Shown: piece by piece, positions 57,948 to 64,000 of the stretch
Layout: the number at the start of each line of letters is the position of its first letter
How positions within the stretch are numbered: position 1 is the stretch's first letter
From: Blastocladiella emersonii ATCC 22665
Lineage: Eukaryota > Fungi > Blastocladiomycota
Direction: 5' to 3'
DNA length: 64,000 bases
NCBI GenBank assembly: GCA_025594325.1
Contig: JANHCV010000005.1
Span: forward strand, 1,302,001 to 1,366,000
Position numbers and translations under genes: made by a program
The notes under the pieces: generated by a model
Database searches by the model: none
What the model was told of the DNA's origin: nothing
The model's input: only the letters and a program-made list of their open reading frames with translations

Positions 57948-59232
57948 ATGAAGCGAATGAAATATCACACGCTGTTTCTCGGCATCGCCGCCGTGCTCTT
58001 ACTTGCCACCACCGCGGCGGCGGCAGCGAGCGAGCAGCACCCGCTCACCACCACCCCGTCGTCGCACGCGCCATGGACGCTCCCGTGGCTCTCGGACCTC
58101 GACTCGTTCCTGCGGTCGGTGTGGCGGAACGGGCGACACTGGGGTCTGGGCAACGCCACGTGCGCGCACCCGGTCCCTCCCTTCCCGTGCTCGGGGGACT
58201 ACGACGACGACGACGGGCTCGACTTTGACGTGCGCGACGCGGCGCACGTGCGCCCGCGCGACGTCGGGGTGGTCGGCGTGCTCGGCGACTCGATCTCGGC
58301 CGGGTTCGCCATGGTCTCGGGCGCCGCGCCGAAAACGCGCGTGCTCGAGTACCGCGGGAAAGTGTACAGCATCGGCGGGGATGCGGGCGAGGTCACGGTG
58401 CCGAACCTGCTGCGCGTCGTGGTGCCGGGGGATGGGGAGCGCAGGCTCGTGGGCGCGCCGAAACACGTCACGCTGCCGCTCGCCGCGGGAAAGGCGCTCG
58501 ACCGCGCCGTGTCGGGGGCCGTGGTGCAGGACCTGCCCAAGCAAGCGCGGTCGCTCGTCTCGCTCCTCTCCCTGCCGCCGTACGCGGCGCGCCGGAAGGA
58601 GTGGAAGCTCGTCACCGTGCTGATTGGCGCCAACAACATCTGCCGGTTCTGCGTGCCGGGGCAGGACCTGAACGCGACCCAGGTCGCGGACTACCTGCGC
58701 GATGCCCTGCTGACGCTGCGCGGCGCCGAGCGCCGGTGGCGCGTCAACCTCGTCGGGCTGTTCCGCGTCTCGGGCGTGTTCGACGCCGCGATGCCCGTCC
58801 CGTACTGCCGCACGGTGTTTGAGCGGTTCCACTTTTGCCCGTGTATCCACGACGCGGCGAATCGCAAGCGTACGTACTCCTCGTGTCTCACCTCGCCGCG
58901 CCTCAACTAACTCCCCCGAGATAGGCATGGACGAGCTCGTGGCCGTGTACAACTCGGCCTTCGCGTCCGTCGCCGCCGAGTTCTCGCGCGACCCGTACTT
59001 CCGCGTGGCCTACCAGCCGGGGCTCACGGGCGGCACCGACATCGTGCAGCAGTACGGCCAAGAGTACCTGTCCAAGCTCGACTGCTTCCACCCGAACCGG
59101 TGCGCCAACCAGGCCATGGCCGCGGCGCTGTGGAACAACATGCTCGAGCCCGCCGGCGCAAAGTCCGAGGGGATGGACCCGCACGCGGTCGTGTGGAAGT
59201 GTCCGTCGCGCGAGAACATGTATCTCCAGTGA
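57948..59232 (+). CDS. Secreted GDSL/SGNH lipase, phospholipase B1-like; exons 57948-58869, 58925-59232
   Basis: Signal peptide; VGVLGDSISAGF, AVSGA, WKLVTVLIGANNIC, LSKLDCFHPN; the intron restores the frame. Confidence 0.9.
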
Positions 59233-59269
59233 AGAAGCTCTCCGTTGAGGGAGCAGTTGTATCGCTCAT

Positions 59270-60392
59270 TCAAAATTGGATCAAATCGTCTACCACCCGC
59301 GCCTCCACCCGCTTCGCCGTGCCGCCGTACTTACCCGCCACCGTGACCGCGGGCGTGAGCACCTTGTCGTGGAACTCGACGAGCTCCGTGACGTGGTGCA
59401 GCGCCGTCACGACGCCGCGTGTCGACCCTTTCGGCGCGCCCGCCGCCACGCGCGCGTACTCGTCGATGAGTTCGGAGTGCAGCGTGCGCGGGATCGACGA
59501 CAGCATCGCGAGCGTCGGCGCCGTCATGCGCGAGTCCCGGACGAGGGTCGGGACGATCTGCATCGAGTTGGTCGCCGCGTCGGTTTGGAACGCGATTAGG
59601 CGTTGGTTTTGGGTCTACCGTAAGAGGGTGAGTTAGGGGAGGGGCGGAGGGAGGGGAGGAGAGGAAGGCGTACGTGGTCTTGCTCGGCGTGGAACGCGGA
59701 CATGATCAGGCCAAAGAAGCGCGCGTCCATGAGCTGCTGCGTGCGCTGCGTCCCGACGTCTACCCGCAGAGGTCAGTCAGTTGCCTGCGGCGACGACGCG
59801 GATACCGCAAAAGTGCGTACCGACGTGCGACGGCTGCACCGTGATGTTCGGGTGGCTGTGGTACTACACGCACGCCCGCGTCTTTCGTCGCTCAGTTCTC
59901 GACCTATACAACAACGCAAAGCAAGCGTACCCAGCCGATGACGCGGATCGACCGGCCCGTCTCGGCCGACCACCGCTACACGCACACACCCTTGCGCGTC
60001 AGTCCCACCCAGCGGGCCATTCGTGCAGCCCGTACCTCGGCCTCGGCCGCCGCCTCGACCAGCTGCTCGGGCGCAAGCTCGACGCGGTCCGGCCGCTTAT
60101 CGAGCCGTCGTTGGACGATGAAGTGGGTGACTTCCGCGACACACTCGGCCTGCTGCCCTGCCGCCGCCGACCCCACTGAGCTCGCGAACCCGCCCGTGGG
60201 CGCGCCGCTGCCCAGCAACAACGGCGACACTGGCGACGCGGGCGGCAGCTCCTTCCAGTCGCCGAGGATCAGGCCCATGACCTCCTCGTGGGCCGTGGTC
60301 AGGACGTGCATCATGTACCCGTGCAGCGCGGCGCTCGGGACCACGACGAGGGCGACGCGGCTGCGCGGGGCGGGGGTGGAGGGCGAGTTCAT
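59270..60392 (-). CDS. BRCC3: JAMM/MPN+ deubiquitinase BRCC36-like, multi-exon
   Basis: HVLTTAHEEVMGLILG, RRLDKRPDRVELAPEQL..AAAEAE, IGWYHSHPNITVQPSHVDV.TQ..QQLMDARFFGLI matches BRCC36 rather than Rpn11/Csn5. Confidence 0.85.
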
Positions 60393-60638
60393 TATCTCAG
60401 TTGCATAGAGTTTGGGGCTGGGTGTGGTACATGAAAGCGAGGGTGGGGAGCGGAAGCGACGACGCGAAACGCCACTTCTCGAGGTCAACCGACGCGCTGG
60501 CTCGCTGGTCGGCACTCGAGAGTCGGTGCGAGGAGGGGGTACAGGCAAACAACTAGTCCATTGAAGAAAGGAAGGGAAACAAAAAAACAAACGAAGGAGG
60601 AAAGACATAGAAAGAACAACAAAAGAGAGAGGAAACGA

Positions 60639-62303
60639 TCACCGCATGAGCGACACGGTAGCCATGAGTGGTGCGTGGTCGGACGGGTGCTCGTCGTTCG
60701 GGATCCCCGGCAGCACGTCGTCGTCGTTGGGCAGGGCGAGGATCTCCTCGACGCGCCACGCGAACGCGTGCAGGGGCATGGTCGGGTTCCAGCGCGGGTC
60801 GACGAGGTGGATGTAGTCGAGCGTCTCGACGAAATTGTGGATCATGGTGGTCCAGCGGGGCTCGAGCCAGCCGTCGTCGCGGCACCCGTGGTCGCGGTCG
60901 AGCACGCCGTAGTGGCCGTAGGCCGACGCGCACACGGGGAACCCGGCGAACATGGCGACGAGGTCGCGCGGCGACGGGTCGGGCCGGTTCGCGAACTCGG
61001 TCGAGCTGTCGAGGTTGTTCTCGTCGAACATGGACGCGTAGTCGCCGTGCTCGGGGATGTCGCCCAGGATCCGCTCGTGCAGGTGCGTGAGCGGGTGGTG
61101 CGTCAGCAGCGAGTACTCGGGGCGCGACGTGATGCCGTTGAAGTCGCCGAGGAACAGGACGGGCCGCTTGTCCGGGTTGAAGACGGCGAGCTCGCGCAGG
61201 ACGACCGCGAGCTGGCGCGCGCGGATGTACGACCCGCGCGGGATCCAGTACAGGTGGTGGTTCGAGACGACGATGCGCTCGCCCGTGGCGCGGTGCGCGA
61301 GCTCCACGAACAGGGCAATGTTGCCCGTGCCCGAGTGCAGCGTCGGCTTCATGGTCGACCCGGGCAGCACGTCGAGCGAGATGGTGATGTCGCGCACGTA
61401 GTCCCACTCGGCGCGCCGCCACGCCACCAGCAGGCCGTGCAGCGACTCGCCGCGCTCGCGGTCGCGCGACGTGTACTTGAACCCGTATCCGGCCTCGCCC
61501 AGCAGCGGGTCCCACAGCTCGGGCACCGAGTCCACCTCCTGCATCGCGAAAATGTCCGCGTCGAGCTCCACGAACCAGTCCTTGAGCAGCTTGCGCCGCG
61601 GGCCAATGTGCAGCGCGTCCTTGCTCGCCGCTGGGTACATTTTGCGCCGGATCAGACCCTGCGCCAGCACGTTCCACGACGCCACCTTGGTCTGCAGCAC
61701 GACCGCCGGCAGCGGGTCCGCGTCGGGCTCCAGCGACGCCGCTAGTTTGGGCGACGGGTACCCGCTGCTGCTCCCACCGCCGCCGGCGCTGCCCGGGTGG
61801 AAGCCCGCGGGGCCGGGACCAAACTGGTTCTGGGGAGGCGGCGGCATCGGGTACTGCGCGTGCGGGTTCGGGAACTGCTGCGGCGGCATCATGGGATGGC
61901 CGTGGCCGTGCGGGTTCGGGGCCGGGAACTGCGGCGGCGGCGGGAACTGCGCGCCCGGGTACCCCATGGGGAACGGCGGCGGCGGCGGCGGGCCCGGGTG
62001 GGCGTTGGCGAACCCGTTGGGCGGCGGCGGCGGGTACGCGTGCGGGTGATGGGGCGGCGGCGGCATGTAACCGTGACCATGCCCGTGTCCAGGGTACATT
62101 TGCATCGCGGGCGGCGGCGGCGTGGACACGAACGCGGACGGCGGCGGGGTCGCGGCGGTGGCGTTGCCGACGGGCGGCGAGAGCTCGGGCGGATAGTCGG
62201 CGAGCTCGCGGGCCTCCTGGGCGGCCACCTTGCCCGGGCCCGTCGACAGCAGCGGGTTCCGCAGGTGCGGCGGGACCGCCAGGTGTCTAAGCTTCGTGGC
62301 CAT
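60639..62303 (-). CDS. Ngl/Angel-type CCR4-family EEP nuclease with Pro-rich N-terminal extension
   Basis: SWNVLAQGLIRRKMYP, DIFAMQEVD, SNHHLYW, LFLGDFNG, TLDYI, PSDHAPL. Confidence 0.9.
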   Translation of the reverse strand: MATKLRHLAVPPHLRNPLLSTGPGKVAAQEARELADYPPELSPPVGNATAATPPPSAFVSTPPPPAMQMYPGHGHGHGYMPPPPHHPHAYPPPPPNGFANAHPGPPPPPPFPMGYPGAQFPPPPQFPAPNPHGHGHPMMPPQQFPNPHAQYPMPPPPQNQFGPGPAGFHPGSAGGGGSSSGYPSPKLAASLEPDADPLPAVVLQTKVASWNVLAQGLIRRKMYPAASKDALHIGPRRKLLKDWFVELDADIFAMQEVDSVPELWDPLLGEAGYGFKYTSRDRERGESLHGLLVAWRRAEWDYVRDITISLDVLPGSTMKPTLHSGTGNIALFVELAHRATGERIVVSNHHLYWIPRGSYIRARQLAVVLRELAVFNPDKRPVLFLGDFNGITSRPEYSLLTHHPLTHLHERILGDIPEHGDYASMFDENNLDSSTEFANRPDPSPRDLVAMFAGFPVCASAYGHYGVLDRDHGCRDDGWLEPRWTTMIHNFVETLDYIHLVDPRWNPTMPLHAFAWRVEEILALPNDDDVLPGIPNDEHPSDHAPLMATVSLMR

Positions 62304-62636
62304 GGCGCGGCGGCAGATCCATGGAGTGGTGGGCTGTGCAAGGGGAGCGGATCGGGCGTCGGGGCCCGGCGGAAGGGGTATGCGAGGAGTGGAGGGGGGC
62401 GGCCGGCGCAGCGCAGCGACCGCGACCGACCGCGAGGAGGAGGAGCGGAGAGAAGTCGAAGGGCGGTCGGAGCATCAGCTGAGCAACCTGCCACGCCTGT
62501 CGTTCTGAAATCGCCACGTCCGCGTCGCTCATCTCGATCCCTGCCGCCCATCTCCCCTCTCTCTCTCCCTCCTCATCGCTCAACACTAGACGAGCCACCG
62601 CACTCACTGCAACGCATCAACACCCCCCAAACCACC

Positions 62637-64000
62637 ATGGCGACGCCGACCCACTCGCGGCTGTACATCATGTACGGGTCGCAGACGGGCACGTCCGAGT
62701 CGATTGCGCAGGCGATCCAGGGCGAGGCCAAGGCGCGCGGGTTCGCCGCCGACGTCTACGTGCTCGACCACTACGACAAACCCAACTTCGCCAGGGGCGG
62801 CCTCTACGTGTTCGTGTCGTCGTCGACGGGCGACGGCGACCCGCCCGACAACGCCCTCAAGTGCTTCCGCATGCTGCGCAAGCTCAAGGGGCTCGGCACC
62901 CCCTTCAAGACCATGGAGATCGCCTGCCTCGGCCTCGGAGACACCAACTACTCCAACTTCTGCAAGTCGCCCAAGCGCCTGCGCAAGCAGCTGCTCGACC
63001 TCGGCGCCACCGAGTTCTACCCGCCCGCCCTCGCCGACGACGCCACCGGGCTCGAGGAGACGGTCGACCCCTGGATCGAGGGGCTCTGGCCCGTCCTCGA
63101 GACCAAGTGCCGCAAGACCCTGCCCGTCCAGAAGTTGTCGGACAAGGTCGCCGCCCTCTCGATTGACGACGTGAGCGCTCCCGCTGCACCTGCCGCTGCT
63201 GCTGCTGCGCCCGCCGTGCCCGAGGTGGCTCCCGCCGCTGCGGCTCCTCCCGCCCCCGCCACGGCACCCGCCCCCGCTACATCCGCGGCGCCCGCCCTCT
63301 ACTCGATCCCCGCGTGCAAGGACCATACGTTCGGCAAGCTGGCCATCGCAGACCTGCCCGACCTCGCCGCTATCGGCGCCCTGACCAACCTGCCCAAGCT
63401 CGCCGAGCCCGCCATCACCGTGACCTTCACGGGCGTGCGCAAGCCCGTGGACTCGGACGTGTCCGCCTTCCACCACCAGTTCGCCTCACCCATCACCAAG
63501 TCGTTCGAGCCGCCCTTCTCGGCGCACAAGCCCGTGCTCGCGACCGTGGCCAAGACGCGCGTCATCACGTCCCCCGGCGCCGTCAAGGACGTGGTCGAGA
63601 TGGAGTTCACGGTGCCCGAGGACAAGGCGTGGACGTGGCAGCCCGGCGACGCGTTCGGCGTGTGCGCGCCCAACGACCACGCTACGGCGCTCGCGCTCGC
63701 GCACCGCGTCGGCGGCCTCGAGTGGGTGGACGGGGTGTGGGAGTCCCCCGTGGTCCTGATCCACGGCATCAACGGCGACGACGACCTGCCCATGGCCCTG
63801 CGCGACCGCCCGCTGAGGGCCCGTCCCGCCGGCGCCCCCGACACGGCGCCCGGCGACGGCGCCGCCTCGCTCGCGCCCCGCGGCCACTACTACTCGGTGT
63901 ACGAGCTGTTCCGCTACGTCTTCGACCCCGTCGGCACCCCGAAAAAGGCCCTGCTGCGCGCGCTCGCCGAGGCGACCGACGACGACACCGAGCGCCGCCT
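62637..64000 (+). CDS. MTRR: Methionine synthase reductase-like diflavin reductase, N-terminal part (runs off the window end)
   Basis: Flavodoxin domain IMYGSQTGTSESIAQ, SSTGDGDPPDN, LGLGDTNYSNFC...LGATEFY...ADDATGLEETVDPWIEGLW, then a long linker and the start of the FAD domain (WQPGDAFGVCAPND). Confidence 0.75.
   Translation, partial: MATPTHSRLYIMYGSQTGTSESIAQAIQGEAKARGFAADVYVLDHYDKPNFARGGLYVFVSSSTGDGDPPDNALKCFRMLRKLKGLGTPFKTMEIACLGLGDTNYSNFCKSPKRLRKQLLDLGATEFYPPALADDATGLEETVDPWIEGLWPVLETKCRKTLPVQKLSDKVAALSIDDVSAPAAPAAAAAAPAVPEVAPAAAAPPAPATAPAPATSAAPALYSIPACKDHTFGKLAIADLPDLAAIGALTNLPKLAEPAITVTFTGVRKPVDSDVSAFHHQFASPITKSFEPPFSAHKPVLATVAKTRVITSPGAVKDVVEMEFTVPEDKAWTWQPGDAFGVCAPNDHATALALAHRVGGLEWVDGVWESPVVLIHGINGDDDLPMALRDRPLRARPAGAPDTAPGDGAASLAPRGHYYSVYELFRYVFDPVGTPKKALLRALAEATDDDTERR

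Overview
GC-rich, gene-dense eukaryotic DNA with short GT-AG introns (about 55-76 nt), most likely from an early-diverging, zoosporic-type fungus such as a Blastocladiomycota (inference from homocitrate synthase, methionine synthase reductase, BRCC36 and a class C GPCR occurring together). About 25 ordinary host genes with strong G/C-ending codon bias are present: ABCA transporter (partial), RPT3, RPS20, THO2, translin, a CTD-kinase-type cyclin, RluA pseudouridine synthase, ZCCHC10-like, HAD phosphatase, Sel1-repeat protein, homocitrate synthase, mitochondrial IF-3, IES6, GDSL phospholipase B, BRCC36, Ngl/Angel nuclease, MTRR (partial), several hypotheticals, and tRNA-Thr(CGU). Two islands lack the host codon bias. 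Island 2 (about 26.9-37.3 kb) is a minus-strand tandem array of four DUF4470 (methyltransferase-fold) paralogs, all damaged, surrounding a Gag-like ORF with an RS tract, a capsid-like segment and an unusual C-x2-C-x13-H-x4-C knuckle that is interrupted by an in-frame TAG. Island 1 (about 12.5-16.1 kb) carries a frame-broken paralog of that Gag-like gene plus a 63-bp direct repeat. A fixed-spacing motif, GACGCG-N7-ATCRYGTG, occurs six times, always between genes. An 8-exon receptor fuses an OpuAC-like solute-binding ectodomain, a class C GPCR 7TM and a C-terminal PH-like domain. All family calls come from motif recognition by eye; no database searches were run.
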